Part shown: piece after piece, positions 16,301-25,145 of the stretch
Numbering within the stretch: position 1 is the first letter of the stretch
Layout of the letters: every line of letters begins with the position of its first letter
Source: a virus
Taxonomy: Duplodnaviria > Caudoviricetes
DNA: 26,192 nt
Direction: 5' to 3' (one strand)
IMG/VR virus record: IMGVR_UViG_3300020162_001958
Span: 1-26,192 of that record
Program-made: the position numbers and the translations under genes
The notes under the pieces: generated by a model
What the model saw: only the letters and a program-made list of their open reading frames with translations
What the model was told of the DNA's origin: nothing
Databases searched by the model: none

Positions 16301-18358
16301 CAGCTTAAGCCCCTGCTCCAATGCCGTAATCTCATTTTTGTACTGCTTTTCTTTTAGCTCTGCGATTTCCTTGGATATTTTATACTGCTTTTCCTCTGGG
16401 ATTGTGCTTTCATAGCGCTTGTTGGCCTCCTGCTGCTGCCTGTTGGCCAGGGGGCTAAGGCCGATGCTGCGCAGCGTCACATCACTCTGATCGCCAATTG
16501 ATTTATCAAATTCCGCTTGTATATCTTTTTGCCTATTGCGTATTTCCGTATTGGTTAGGCCCCTGGCCTTGCCCCCCAGCCAAGCCGCGGCCTTGGCCGC
16601 CTCGATGAAAGGCTTGGTAATAGCAATTGAAAGTTTTTCGCAATTTGCAATCAAGCCGTCAAGTTGCTCATTGAACTTGTCAAATCCAGCCCCTGCGCCC
16701 TCTCGCCCCTGTTGATTGATAATGCGAAAAAACGTAGACAGAGGCCGCAGCACCGCACTCACCAGGCTGGCCACCAACTCAAACATTTTGGCGATGCTGG
16801 TAAGGGCATCTATCAGCCATTGCGTGGCCGGCTGTATTAGCGATCCAAAAGCGCTAGCAAATAATGCCACAAAATCAAACAGTATTCGCAACAGGGATGA
16901 GAAAACCGATGCCACAGCTGTCACGCCGGCAACCATCTGGCCCAGCTGCCCAAATATTGGCTCCAAGGCTTCCCCTATGCCCCTGAATAGGCCCATGAAA
17001 CTATTCTTCAGAGCATTGAAGGGCTTCAGGATGGTTTGCAGCATGCCGGCCAGGCCGCGCTCCAGGGCCTGGCCACCGCCGGTGCTGATTGATTCAGCTA
17101 CATCCGCAAAATTGCTTTTTATGTTGGTCATCGACATGGCCAACACCTTTTGGCCGTCGTACAGTTTCTCTAGCTTTTGCATCAAGTCGTCGTAGTATTT
17201 CCCTTCTGCCTGCAAACGCCTCACCTGTTCGCCAGCGCCTTTGCCGTAAAGCTTCTGGGCTAGCTGGTCATACATCTGGATGTCGCCAGATAGCAAGCTC
17301 TGAACCTCCGTGCGCAGCTGCTGGCCGGGGAGGTTTAGCGTATTCATTGCCGCAGCAATGCGTGTACTGAGTTTTGTAATATTAGAAATATTTTCGCCGG
17401 CAGCGCCCAGCCCTGAGTTGTTTTGCAGGATAATGTTAAATGCTTCGTAGATTTGCGATGATGTGGCGCCGCTGATTACGGCAACTTCCTTTTGGATCTC
17501 CTTAAATTCTTTGATCACTCGCCCCCGCAGGGCTCGCATTTGATTGGCTGTGCCTTCTATCACCTGCCCATCGGGGCCAATCACGCCAAACGATTGCGCG
17601 GTGAAGATGCTCGCTTCTGCTACCTGTTCGTTGAATTTGCCTGCAGCGCCGGCCAGCGCTTCCAGGGGGCCAATGACAGCATTGATGGCCACCCCTAGCC
17701 CATAAAAAATGGCCTGAGCTCCCAATGCCGCCACACCAATTTGTTGCAGGATCCCCAGCGCCCCGCTGGCGGCGGGCATGAAACGCTCAAAGCCTTGGCT
17801 TATGCTTGCGAACCACTGGCCGCCACCGCCGCCGCCCTGGCTGGCACCAGGCGGCAACAGAGGGGGCCCGCCGCCGCGGCCACCAGATCCGCCGCCACTT
17901 TCTCCAGCCGCTGGCAGCGGGGGAGGCTGTCTACCGCCGCCGCCACCGCTGCCAGCGCCCATGTCGCGCACCACCACAGGCACGGCCAGCAGCGACTTTT
18001 TTGCCGCCGCCAGGGCCATTACAGCGTTGGCGGCGGTGCTGGCATTGGCGGCCACAATGGCCATGGTGTTGCCAAATTGCTGCCAGCCCGCGCCACCGCC
18101 CGCCGGGCCCCGGGGCATGGAGCCCATGGCTGCATTCAGCCGGTCTACATCTGCCCGCAGGCTGCCCACCTGGCGCCTGAGGCCATCAATTTGGCTATTG
18201 GCCTGGCTGGTATCTGCGCCGAGCTTTACGTTGACCGCCTCCTGCGCAAAGCGCTGGGCATCGCGCATCGCTGCCGCGATTTCTTTATCCAGCGCCGATC
18301 GATCGCCGTACAGCCGCAAAACGGCTGAACCCAGGCTGATCTCCCCTTCTGCCATCAC
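13373..18358 (-). CDS. Tape measure protein with embedded lambda-R-like lytic transglycosylase domain
   Basis: 1661 aa, Ala/Gln-rich helical, amphipathic and hydrophobic segments, C-terminal GG...AELHG.EAVIPL motif; follows the tail chaperones; ATG at 18355 is an alternative start. Confidence 0.92.
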   Translation of the reverse strand: MMAEGEISLGSAVLRLYGDRSALDKEIAAAMRDAQRFAQEAVNVKLGADTSQANSQIDGLRRQVGSLRADVDRLNAAMGSMPRGPAGGGAGWQQFGNTMAIVAANASTAANAVMALAAAKKSLLAVPVVVRDMGAGSGGGGGRQPPPLPAAGESGGGSGGRGGGPPLLPPGASQGGGGGGQWFASISQGFERFMPAASGALGILQQIGVAALGAQAIFYGLGVAINAVIGPLEALAGAAGKFNEQVAEASIFTAQSFGVIGPDGQVIEGTANQMRALRGRVIKEFKEIQKEVAVISGATSSQIYEAFNIILQNNSGLGAAGENISNITKLSTRIAAAMNTLNLPGQQLRTEVQSLLSGDIQMYDQLAQKLYGKGAGEQVRRLQAEGKYYDDLMQKLEKLYDGQKVLAMSMTNIKSNFADVAESISTGGGQALERGLAGMLQTILKPFNALKNSFMGLFRGIGEALEPIFGQLGQMVAGVTAVASVFSSLLRILFDFVALFASAFGSLIQPATQWLIDALTSIAKMFELVASLVSAVLRPLSTFFRIINQQGREGAGAGFDKFNEQLDGLIANCEKLSIAITKPFIEAAKAAAWLGGKARGLTNTEIRNRQKDIQAEFDKSIGDQSDVTLRSIGLSPLANRQQQEANKRYESTIPEEKQYKISKEIAELKEKQYKNEITALEQGLKLLNAQKSVQQALNELAEGRRGLDRKRADFNVSLASSPEAKQLAEDRRNELAGRQEQQRINERKDALQSERSIQQQQLQISLRQAAIQQEQLKIQQAELQVQKLKTDLTATEIYLKARNTAAGSVERKTLMDAYRVHQNIGQIIGRQLAAAQAATSLAFESATQLRRTNGLEQQRLNIQQQGLDIQSQSAQLTLEQQRQLSVLNQKEQAIKNRQADDALTQRKLAENQTRTVEQQQLQLDNMTKLAEVENRRAQLSKAVADANVKSAERLVGLAEAQANAQRNPRSVEAVIGAQIEALAMGRTGFVNAAAATKALWDAKEKQLKAEQAAANRQLQIQQWREESEERIAMLQLEIQRGGMAAQLLQLKATKELLGLSRTRDGLSGAPVGAAGGRAGMVQPAAGSMFGISPERRALLNTIRYAEGTWANGSDRGYRTLLGGGLMNNLDRHPDQVNKAGGFASTAAGAYQFLTTTWRSVAQAMGLKQFGPEVQDQGAMQLIKGRGALGLADQGRFTPELANKLAPEWASFPTMAGKSYYGQPVKGFADLKRFYDSQLAQLRGAMPQAAAGMPAAPILPPSAGLAGTSLDNSVNENIYSMERLEQSFADLTSRINTLRDTLMPEAVQGRQAQRDAMAVGDAAAQAQFDFERRKAEAKDQVLQTPRGQLAAGTTESLVGGLSQAIRGSFTAAMKSGDIRAAVAEAIGGAFDRVAATVLDTILRPIETMLTQSLFELLSGMNSKLIAEQLGAALTNTSAASVQAAAANVNLQAATMKASGGGGGFWLADLVKSVAGAALAPGLGGGGSSSMGESFLGSFDLPGLFDLPGLTGGDVMSGFVPSIKGFARNGGILTPSGMEALRGYRVGGISNGPNSGYLAELHGREAVIPLPNGKAIDVALKGPQGMKSWGASGPDGSELQAAPAMQPIEYRRVGSGDLPFVTEAEMMARIEEAAAQAHSSAVRQAGANWRRDLRNQTRIPGIR

Positions 18359-18373
18359 CCAAAGCCTTATGGC

Positions 18374-18865
18374 TCAGTCTGCTGGTTTCAGGGTTCCCGC
18401 CAAATCGTCAGCCAGCAGGGCGATCACCGGCATCGGCAGGCGGCGCTGACGGATCAGCTGATGCAGCGTGGCCAATGCCTCTGCTGGCAGCCGCGGCCGG
18501 CCATCGGCGCCTTCTACCAGGAACGGCAGAAATTGGGTGTAATCGCCTTGGGCCTTGCCGCCGCTGCCGATTGCCAACACCAACGATGCCAGCTGGGCTG
18601 TGGTGTGGCTTGCCAGGTTGGCGCGCCGCCGATCCTGTTCATCAAGCCATTCGATTGCCGCCAGGATGTGGCGCACCGGTTGACGGCCGAATTGATCGGC
18701 ATGGAAGCGCGGATCATGCAAATCGGATGTCACCAGCCGCCAGTAGTAGCGGTTCCAATCAACTGGCGGCTGCTCCAGGTAGCGCCGCAGTTCAGCTATG
18801 CGCTCGTTGATGCTGGCGGGCTTGCTGCTGGGGGGCTGGTCTTTTTGCCCTTGGCCGCCGGTCCG
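18374..18865 (-). CDS. Tail assembly chaperone C-terminal extension (gpGT-like), reached by -1 frameshift
   Basis: -1 frame is open from the slippery site through ORF 18733-18374; lies between the chaperone and the tape measure. Confidence 0.85.
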   Translation of the reverse strand, partial: RTGGQGQKDQPPSSKPASINERIAELRRYLEQPPVDWNRYYWRLVTSDLHDPRFHADQFGRQPVRHILAAIEWLDEQDRRRANLASHTTAQLASLVLAIGSGGKAQGDYTQFLPFLVEGADGRPRLPAEALATLHQLIRQRRLPMPVIALLADDLAGTLKPAD

Positions 18866-19380
18866 TTTCCCTGTTTGCCGCCGTTGGCCTCCCGGCCAAT
18901 GAAGGCCAAGATGCCTTCTCGAATCCTGCCGGGCAGTTGGCGGCTGTCGCTATCGCTCCAGGCGCCGTCCAGGGGCAGCCAGTCGCCGTCTTCGTTTTGC
19001 ACCGATCCCCTGGACTGGAGCACCACCGTGAGCATGCGGGTTTGCTGCTCGGCCTGGGCTGGCATCACGGCCGCCACCGCTGCGAGCCCACCTGGGCCGC
19101 CGTATTTCATCAGCAGGGTAACCTTGGGGGGTGTGGCCAACGCGGGGTTGGTCAACAAATCCATCGCTTCATCGGCCGTGAGGCCGCTATCTGGATGCTC
19201 GCCGATGGCCCGGGCCATCTCGTTCATCTCCAGCAGCGCATTGGCGCTTTCGCGGTTCTGGCGCTCATATTCTTCGATCTCGCCGCCCAGCAGGTCGTCA
19301 TAGCGCCTCAGACGGATTGCCCCGAACTGCTCAAAGTGCTTGGCAAAACTGGCAAATACCAGGGCGCTGGCCGATGTCAT
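18796..19380 (-). CDS. Tail assembly chaperone (gpG-like)
   Basis: Position between major tail protein and tape measure; slippery site near the 3' end followed by a low-complexity tail. Confidence 0.85.
   Translation of the reverse strand: MTSASALVFASFAKHFEQFGAIRLRRYDDLLGGEIEEYERQNRESANALLEMNEMARAIGEHPDSGLTADEAMDLLTNPALATPPKVTLLMKYGGPGGLAAVAAVMPAQAEQQTRMLTVVLQSRGSVQNEDGDWLPLDGAWSDSDSRQLPGRIREGILAFIGREANGGKQGNGPAAKGKKTSPPAASPPASTSA
18865..18871 (-). other. Programmed -1 frameshift slippery heptamer G_GGA_AAC
   Basis: CAG GGA AAC is in frame with the chaperone ORF and fits X_XXY_YYZ. Confidence 0.82.
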
Positions 19381-19388
19381 AGAGGCAT

Positions 19389-19649
19389 TCAGGAAAGTGG
19401 ACGGTAGGGCAGGTCCACCGCATATACCTTAGACGGGTTGCCACCATTCACACAGCGTGATGGCAGCATCACAGCGCAGCGGTCGCCCTGGTAGTCGGCT
19501 TCGCTGGTGAGCTGTGCCCAGGCCTCGGGGAACCCTGGCATCACCAGCATCAATGCGGCCTGGATGCGGCCCTGGGCCACGTGGCAATGAATTAAAAATA
19601 CCCCCCCCTCGCCATGGGCCAGGAGGGGGTAGAAGCCTGGGTCCTGCAC
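19389..19649 (-). CDS. Hypothetical protein (86 aa)
   Basis: Fills the gap between major tail protein and chaperone with 6- and 8-nt spacers; GTG start. Confidence 0.7.
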   Translation of the reverse strand: MQDPGFYPLLAHGEGGVFLIHCHVAQGRIQAALMLVMPGFPEAWAQLTSEADYQGDRCAVMLPSRCVNGGNPSKVYAVDLPYRPLS

Positions 19650-19655
19650 TCAGGA

Positions 19656-20675
19656 TCAGGCGGTGCGGAAGGTGGTGGAGAAGCCCTGCAAAGGCCTGCG
19701 GATGCCGCTGGCTGAGGGGTTGCCGCTGGTATCCAGGCTTTGGTTGATGGCGCCATCGGCCACCCGCAACCGCAGGATCGTGGCGGCCGGCAGGGACGCG
19801 GTGGGGGTGATGGTGATCACGTTGCTGCTGCCGCCGCCCAGTGCTACACCGGCGGAGATTTGCACACCGGAGCTGGCATTTTCCAAGCGGAAACCGCCGC
19901 CACCTGCGGGGGGCAGCGATAGCTGGGTGAGCGCCGTGGTGCCATCGGTGGTGTAGGTGATCGTGATCGCAGAGCTCACCGCCACAGCCGAGGCGTTATC
20001 CAGCGGCACCACAGCCCAGCGGCGGGTGCCAGAGGTGTTGGCGGTGCTCAGCTGGCTGCTCTGCAGCGCACCGATGCTCAGGGCCGTGCTGCCGGCGTCG
20101 TAGCGGCCAAATACCGGGCGGCTCCGAGACATAAATTCGCCGCTGATCGTTGACAGGCCTTGGCTGTCGCCGCCATCGCTGTAGCCACGAAACACGCCGT
20201 TAAAGCCGGCATAGTCATAAATAAAGTTACCGGTGGCGCCATTGGCGCGGCCCATCTCCTTGAGCAGTTCAATGTAAACCTCAAAATCCAGATCGGAGCG
20301 CGAACGCTCAATAATTGCAAAATCTTCCGAATAGTTGCCCCTGAACTCCGGAGCCGTGACACCGGCTGGCAACTCAATATTGCGCATGAAATAGCTTTCC
20401 CAGCTGGCGGTAACCTTGCCGCCGGTGGTTACCGAGTCAGCCCAGCCATCGTCGCCAAACAGGCGGAATTCGTTATCATTGGTGTCCACCTTGAATGAAA
20501 ACTTGGTCATGCCCTGCATTTCTATGTAGGCATCGCCTGTCACCAAGGTGGGCAGGGTAATCATGCCGGCGGCATCCCGCACGGCGTAGTAGCGGTTGGG
20601 CAGGGTCAACGGGATGGCCCTGATCAGGGAGCGGGAGGCCTTATGAAAAGAGCCGCCAATTGCAAAATCAGCCAT
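19656..20675 (-). CDS. Major tail (tube) protein with C-terminal Ig-like (Big_5-like) domain
   Basis: Tube-like N-domain (FRLFGDDGW.DSV.TG; YD.AGF); C-terminal VVP.DNA..VAV...ITIT...ITITP...L......L.V....FSTTF.T. Confidence 0.85.
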   Translation of the reverse strand: MADFAIGGSFHKASRSLIRAIPLTLPNRYYAVRDAAGMITLPTLVTGDAYIEMQGMTKFSFKVDTNDNEFRLFGDDGWADSVTTGGKVTASWESYFMRNIELPAGVTAPEFRGNYSEDFAIIERSRSDLDFEVYIELLKEMGRANGATGNFIYDYAGFNGVFRGYSDGGDSQGLSTISGEFMSRSRPVFGRYDAGSTALSIGALQSSQLSTANTSGTRRWAVVPLDNASAVAVSSAITITYTTDGTTALTQLSLPPAGGGGFRLENASSGVQISAGVALGGGSSNVITITPTASLPAATILRLRVADGAINQSLDTSGNPSASGIRRPLQGFSTTFRTA

Positions 20676-20684
20676 GGTGAATAC

Positions 20685-21125
20685 CTAGGTGAGAGGGAGT
20701 GGTTGGATGGTCACCGCATCGGGCAGCTCTACGGTGAGCTGCTCGTACAGGTCGTCGGTCAAGGGCCGCGGCCGCCGCTGCGCCTCCGGGTAAGCCCGGA
20801 ACAGCAGCAGATCGATCGCGTCCAGGTTTTGACTTGTGTCGTAGCTGGTGAAGGTCAGCGTCCAGCGGCGCAGGGCATGGATGGTGCCCAGGCCCCCCAG
20901 CTGCTGGCGGACGGGCCGGCGGTTGAGGATGCACTCAATCCCCTGGATCTTCCAATCAGGGGGTGTGCGGTCTTGATTCTTGCCGCCACCGGTGATCCAA
21001 AACGCCGGTTTGGTGTCGCCCGCCGGGAGCACATAAACCCCCAGCTGATCACCAAATAGCGCCAGCAGCTCATCTCGCAGCTGCAAAAGGGTGGGGCCCC
21101 GTTCAATCAGCTGATTGCTGCTCAT
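20685..21125 (-). CDS. Putative tail terminator protein
   Basis: 146 aa, directly upstream of the major tail gene; synteny. Confidence 0.65.
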   Translation of the reverse strand: MSSNQLIERGPTLLQLRDELLALFGDQLGVYVLPAGDTKPAFWITGGGKNQDRTPPDWKIQGIECILNRRPVRQQLGGLGTIHALRRWTLTFTSYDTSQNLDAIDLLLFRAYPEAQRRPRPLTDDLYEQLTVELPDAVTIQPLPLT

Positions 21126-21532
21126 GGCCCCTGCCTCCGGCGCATGGCCAGGGCAAACCGCTTGCGCACATAGGCCTGGATTTTTCCCCGCTGATAGAGC
21201 ACCGGCCGGGTCCAGGGGCGAGCCGGCATGGTGCGCAGATTGCCCTGGGCATCCGGGCGCCTGTATACCGCCCCGTCATGAACAACGGCGGCATAAGGCG
21301 CAGTCCACTTAAATTCCCGCAGGATGCGGCCATCGCTTTCCACGGTGGCTGGTTCCACCCGCAGCGATTTGGCCAGGTTGCCGGTATCAACGATGTCCCG
21401 AGGCGATGGTTGGTTGGGCCATGTCCATTTCTCGGCCCGGATCTCTTCGGTGAATTTTTTGGCCAGGAAGGCCGCCAGATCGTTGAAGGTTTCCTCCAGC
21501 GCCTCATCCAGCTGTTGCAGTTGGATTGCCAT
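21122..21532 (-). CDS. Tail completion / neck protein (HK97 gp10-like)
   Basis: VDTGNL..S, APYA..VH.G, MPARPW.RP motifs. Confidence 0.8.
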   Translation of the reverse strand: MAIQLQQLDEALEETFNDLAAFLAKKFTEEIRAEKWTWPNQPSPRDIVDTGNLAKSLRVEPATVESDGRILREFKWTAPYAAVVHDGAVYRRPDAQGNLRTMPARPWTRPVLYQRGKIQAYVRKRFALAMRRRQGP

Positions 21533-21936
21533 CAGCTGCCTCCCAGCAGGCGGAATGTGCCCTGCACCGCTTGGCGCAGGAATTGATTCATGGCCACGGG
21601 AGTGGTCAGGTCCAATTCGAGCTCCAGGCGGCCCCGGTGGCCATTGATCACCGCTTCTGCCTGGGCGCCGTTGCCGATCCGTGGATCAAAACTTGGCGGG
21701 CTGAGCAATCTGCCCGTCACTGAATAGGCGGTCATGTCCGCCCCGGCTTGACTGGTGTGGTTGGGGCTGCGCAGCTGCAGGGCCGCCTGATAAATCAGCT
21801 TGTCCTGGCGCGGCACCGGGTTACCCGTTTCCGGGTCGTCCACGGTGGTGAGGCCACTTACCAAAAAGGTGATCGTGGCATTGCCCCAGGCACCCCAGAT
21901 GTTGCCATTGGTGGTGCTGGCCAGGGGGCTCTGCAT
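21532..21936 (-). CDS. Putative head closure (stopper) protein
   Basis: 134 aa, D.ETGNP hairpin motif, position after the adaptor; TGATG overlaps on both sides. Confidence 0.65.
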   Translation of the reverse strand: MQSPLASTTNGNIWGAWGNATITFLVSGLTTVDDPETGNPVPRQDKLIYQAALQLRSPNHTSQAGADMTAYSVTGRLLSPPSFDPRIGNGAQAEAVINGHRGRLELELDLTTPVAMNQFLRQAVQGTFRLLGGS

Positions 21937-22256
21937 CAGAACACAAAACCAGTTGTGGGCAGGGTTTTGCGCAGCGCTTCGTATTGCTGGCCGTAGAAGG
22001 TGGCGCTGGCGCCCTCCTGGCTGTTGCCGCCGCTGATGCCAGTCACCGGCTGGCCCACCATGGCGCCGATCTCCCGGTGGCGCAGATCCACCAGGTGGGC
22101 GGCGTAGTAGCCAGCCCCAGCATCAGCCAGGTTGCCCCACACCTGATCGGGGCAGATGATCGCCCCCATCTCCAGGGCATGCTCAAGCACCGGCACCGGA
22201 TGAATTTCCAGCTCCGGAAAGCGCTCCAGGAAAATTTCCAGGGTGGGAGCGGCCAT
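21936..22256 (-). CDS. Head-tail adaptor, DUF4054 family
   Basis: FLERFPE, YYAAHL, T.YGQQY..L motifs. Confidence 0.85.
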   Translation of the reverse strand: MAAPTLEIFLERFPELEIHPVPVLEHALEMGAIICPDQVWGNLADAGAGYYAAHLVDLRHREIGAMVGQPVTGISGGNSQEGASATFYGQQYEALRKTLPTTGFVF

Positions 22257-22762
22257 CAGCCCTGGCCCGCCTTGAGGGCGTTGATTTTGCGCTGAATTGC
22301 CTGGCGCACGGCATGCCGCTCTTCAATGGGCTGCCAGGTCTGCAGCTGTTTCAGATCGCGGCAGACAAGCACCAGCCGCAGGGCCTGTTTCTCCTCCACC
22401 CCCTTCAGGGCGGTCACGCCAGCGGCTGCGGTGTCACTCACGCTTTCGCCCCCCAGCGGAATCACTTCCAATGCCCGCAGGGCGTTCAACTCCTGCACGG
22501 CCGGCAGCACCTGGAGGCGCTGCCACAGATCGGCATCAATACCAAAATTAAGGCCCGGCTCCAGGCTGAGCCGTTCAAATTCGCCGATCGAATTGATAAT
22601 GCTGATCGCAAATGCTCCGGGCGGCACGCTAGCGGTAACGGCATCAATCACCTCAGGGGTGTAGGCAATTGCCAAGGTGCCGGTAGCCGCCGGCTGGTCG
22701 GCCGGCGGGGTTGCCGTTTTGGCGGCATCAGTGGTTGGGCTGGTCAAGGTGGCAGCGGCCAT
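22256..22762 (-). CDS. Hypothetical head-associated protein
   Basis: 168 aa between capsid and DUF4054 genes; L.PG.N.....W motif; helical C-terminus. Confidence 0.7.
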   Translation of the reverse strand: MAAATLTSPTTDAAKTATPPADQPAATGTLAIAYTPEVIDAVTASVPPGAFAISIINSIGEFERLSLEPGLNFGIDADLWQRLQVLPAVQELNALRALEVIPLGGESVSDTAAAGVTALKGVEEKQALRLVLVCRDLKQLQTWQPIEERHAVRQAIQRKINALKAGQG

Positions 22763-22814
22763 GGGCAGTTGACGGGATGGTGGTGGTGTGATTCGGTGGG
22801 GGAGCTAGCAGAAA

Positions 22815-23756
22815 TCAGCCCTTATCGACGTAGGTGATCGATTTGGGGTAGTAGGGGGCAAAGCCCCCAGATTTTGATTCTCCATTCACGATAAATGCCA
22901 GGTTGCGGGGCTCGGGCGGCAGCAACGTAAGCGGCATGGAAATATGAAATTCCAGCTTTGATGGATCTCGCTTGTAATAAACCATTCGCTTGGCGGTCAG
23001 GTTGCCAAAGCTCTTACCCGGATCCAATTCGTTGATTGGTTCAACGTTCTTGATCTTGCCGTTGGTCTTAAGGAAAAACTCCAGCACAGTGGTGTCACTG
23101 TTGCTGCTTCTGGGGGTAGAGCTGATTTTGCGCCAATCGGTATAGGGCAGAAGCAGCGAATCCGGGCTTTCCACCATGCCTGTCAGGCTACCCTGATACG
23201 TAACCCCCTCATTGAGCAGGGAGTTCATCTGATCCGGGGTGATGTTGGGCGCATCAAACCAGCCGTCAGTAGCCGTGCCCGTGACCACCAGGCGGTCCAC
23301 GGCCGGGTGATTGAAAAAGCCCTTGAGGCCGGTGCCGGCATAGCCAAACAGGCAGGTGCGGTGCATCCGCTCCTCATAGGCCATGCGCATTGCGTCCATG
23401 CGGCGCTGCTGAAGCGGAATTCCGCTGAATTGCGCTTTCCGCACCTCCTCGGTGGTGTATTTTGTTGCACCACCAAATTGGCGAATACTGTTGATAACCT
23501 CGCCGCGCTTCACATCGGAAAGGGGCAGGTCGTCGGCCGCGTCGGCCACCAGATCAAAATCGCCTACGCGATCAAACAGATCATATTTATAAGTTTCGGC
23601 GCCTTCGTCCAACTCAAAGCTTACGGGGACGATCCGGGCGTAATGGTACTCCGGGTAAAGTTTCTCAAATGACTTGTTGAGCCTCTGACGCAGTTCGTTT
23701 TCAAGGAACACTCCGGCCGCGGCCTGGGCATCCTGTCGGGTTTGGCTGTAGCCCAT
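22815..23756 (-). CDS. Major capsid protein, DUF2184 family (HK97 fold)
   Basis: FL..EL, A.DLP..D, YT..E...A....IPL, FG....G..G..N.P, TVLEF, GG....YP....Y.D motifs; synteny. Confidence 0.92.
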   Translation of the reverse strand: MGYSQTRQDAQAAAGVFLENELRQRLNKSFEKLYPEYHYARIVPVSFELDEGAETYKYDLFDRVGDFDLVADAADDLPLSDVKRGEVINSIRQFGGATKYTTEEVRKAQFSGIPLQQRRMDAMRMAYEERMHRTCLFGYAGTGLKGFFNHPAVDRLVVTGTATDGWFDAPNITPDQMNSLLNEGVTYQGSLTGMVESPDSLLLPYTDWRKISSTPRSSNSDTTVLEFFLKTNGKIKNVEPINELDPGKSFGNLTAKRMVYYKRDPSKLEFHISMPLTLLPPEPRNLAFIVNGESKSGGFAPYYPKSITYVDKG

Positions 23757-23798
23757 TGGAGGATTAGTGCGATTGAATAAAAGGAATGGGGCGGTTTC

Positions 23799-24365
23799 TT
23801 AGTCGGCGGTGAAGGTCAGCGCTGCGGGCGTGTTGATTTCCACCATCACCACACCACCGGCAGCGGCGGCTTTGCGGATGGCCCAGCCACCAGCCGCCAG
23901 CAGCAGGCTGTTGCCAGCGCTAGCCGTGACACCCCAGCGACCGATATTGGTGCCGGATTTGAAATAACGCAGGTTGGCGCCTATGGCAATGGCCTCCCAC
24001 GCATCGAGATAGATAACCCCCCTGGTGAGGATGTTCACGGCCCGGCCATCAGGGATGCCATCGGCATAGGCGGGCGAGGTATCGGGGCCACTGCGCTCAA
24101 ATACGGCAGAACGGGCGGAGATACCCAGGCTGGGCCCTGCAGTGGTGCGAGTGGTTACAGAGTTGGGCAGCAGGCCCGATCCATTGGCAGCCAGCGGTAC
24201 GCCGTAGAGAAGCCGGCTGCCGGTTTCATTGGCGCCGGTGAGGATGGTGGTGGGGGCGCTGGTGGCAATTTGGCCCGGCAAGCCACGATCGGCCTGGGCC
24301 GGGTAGCTGATTTGAGCGCCATCATCAACGGATGATGCGTTGGGGGTAAAAACAAGGGGGGACAT
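23799..24365 (-). CDS. Capsid decoration / cement protein
   Basis: 188 aa between DUF2213 and DUF2184 genes; G.PGQIA and V.IL.RG.IY motifs; GGAG SD upstream. Confidence 0.78.
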   Translation of the reverse strand: MSPLVFTPNASSVDDGAQISYPAQADRGLPGQIATSAPTTILTGANETGSRLLYGVPLAANGSGLLPNSVTTRTTAGPSLGISARSAVFERSGPDTSPAYADGIPDGRAVNILTRGVIYLDAWEAIAIGANLRYFKSGTNIGRWGVTASAGNSLLLAAGGWAIRKAAAAGGVVMVEINTPAALTFTAD

Positions 24366-24419
24366 GCGATCTCCAGGGTGGATTTGCTAAGGGCCAATCA
24401 AGTAGCGATCAAGTGGCGA

Positions 24420-25145
24420 TCAGGCCGCGTGATTCATCAGCGGCTGCAATGAAGCGGCGATAGTGGCAGCCTTGTAGGCAGCCAGTCCGTCGTTGCCGCT
24501 GGGGCGGCCGGCCTTGCCCAACAGCTGGGCCAGGCCTGTGGTGCTGTCCAGCCGCTTGCCATCGGCCCGCTCGGCCATGGCGTCAAAGGTGGCGGCCACG
24601 TATTCGTCGGTTTTGCCATCCAGCCGATCGGTGTCGTAGCCAACGGCATCCAGGGCTTCCAGCTGGATGTCACGGGCGCTTTTGCCGGCGGCATCAATTC
24701 GCTCACCAGCCACGGCGTTGGCCTTCTCCAGCAGCTCCACCCGTTCGCTCACCAAAGAATCGAATTGATCGGCATCAAGCCGCTCACCTGGCTGATCAGC
24801 AATTTCGCTCTCCAGCTCATCCAGGCGGGTGGATAGAGCATCAAGGCGTCCTAGATCCGCTTCGTGTTTTGAGATACGGGCGGTCAGTGCCGAGCGCACC
24901 CGGTCGTATTCAGCACGCGAAACGCTGTCGCTGCTGAAGCTGTCGCGGCGGCCGGGGGGGCGCTTGCCCTTGGCCTTGGGGGTTACAGGCGGATCCATCT
25001 CCCCATCATCTGGATCTTCCATGCCCTCCGCATCGGGATCTTCTTCCATGCCCCCCTCCATCTCTTCCATGTTCTCCTCCATGGCGGCAGGGGCCATGGG
25101 CTTTTTGCCGCGGCCGTCGCTGCGGCTGGAAAATTCAGTGCTCAT
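24420..25145 (-). CDS. Nested in-frame scaffolding protein (241 aa) from an internal start
   Basis: GGAGG 8 nt upstream of in-frame ATG (MSTEFSS...) at the protease/scaffold boundary. Confidence 0.55.
   Translation of the reverse strand: MSTEFSSRSDGRGKKPMAPAAMEENMEEMEGGMEEDPDAEGMEDPDDGEMDPPVTPKAKGKRPPGRRDSFSSDSVSRAEYDRVRSALTARISKHEADLGRLDALSTRLDELESEIADQPGERLDADQFDSLVSERVELLEKANAVAGERIDAAGKSARDIQLEALDAVGYDTDRLDGKTDEYVAATFDAMAERADGKRLDSTTGLAQLLGKAGRPSGNDGLAAYKAATIAASLQPLMNHAA

Noticed and set aside
13389-19407. Many long plus-strand ORFs opposite the tail genes (e.g. 18461-19303, 17778-18449, 13770-14321)
   Set aside because: Expected antisense shadows in GC-rich coding DNA; no motifs, and fully overlapped by well-supported genes
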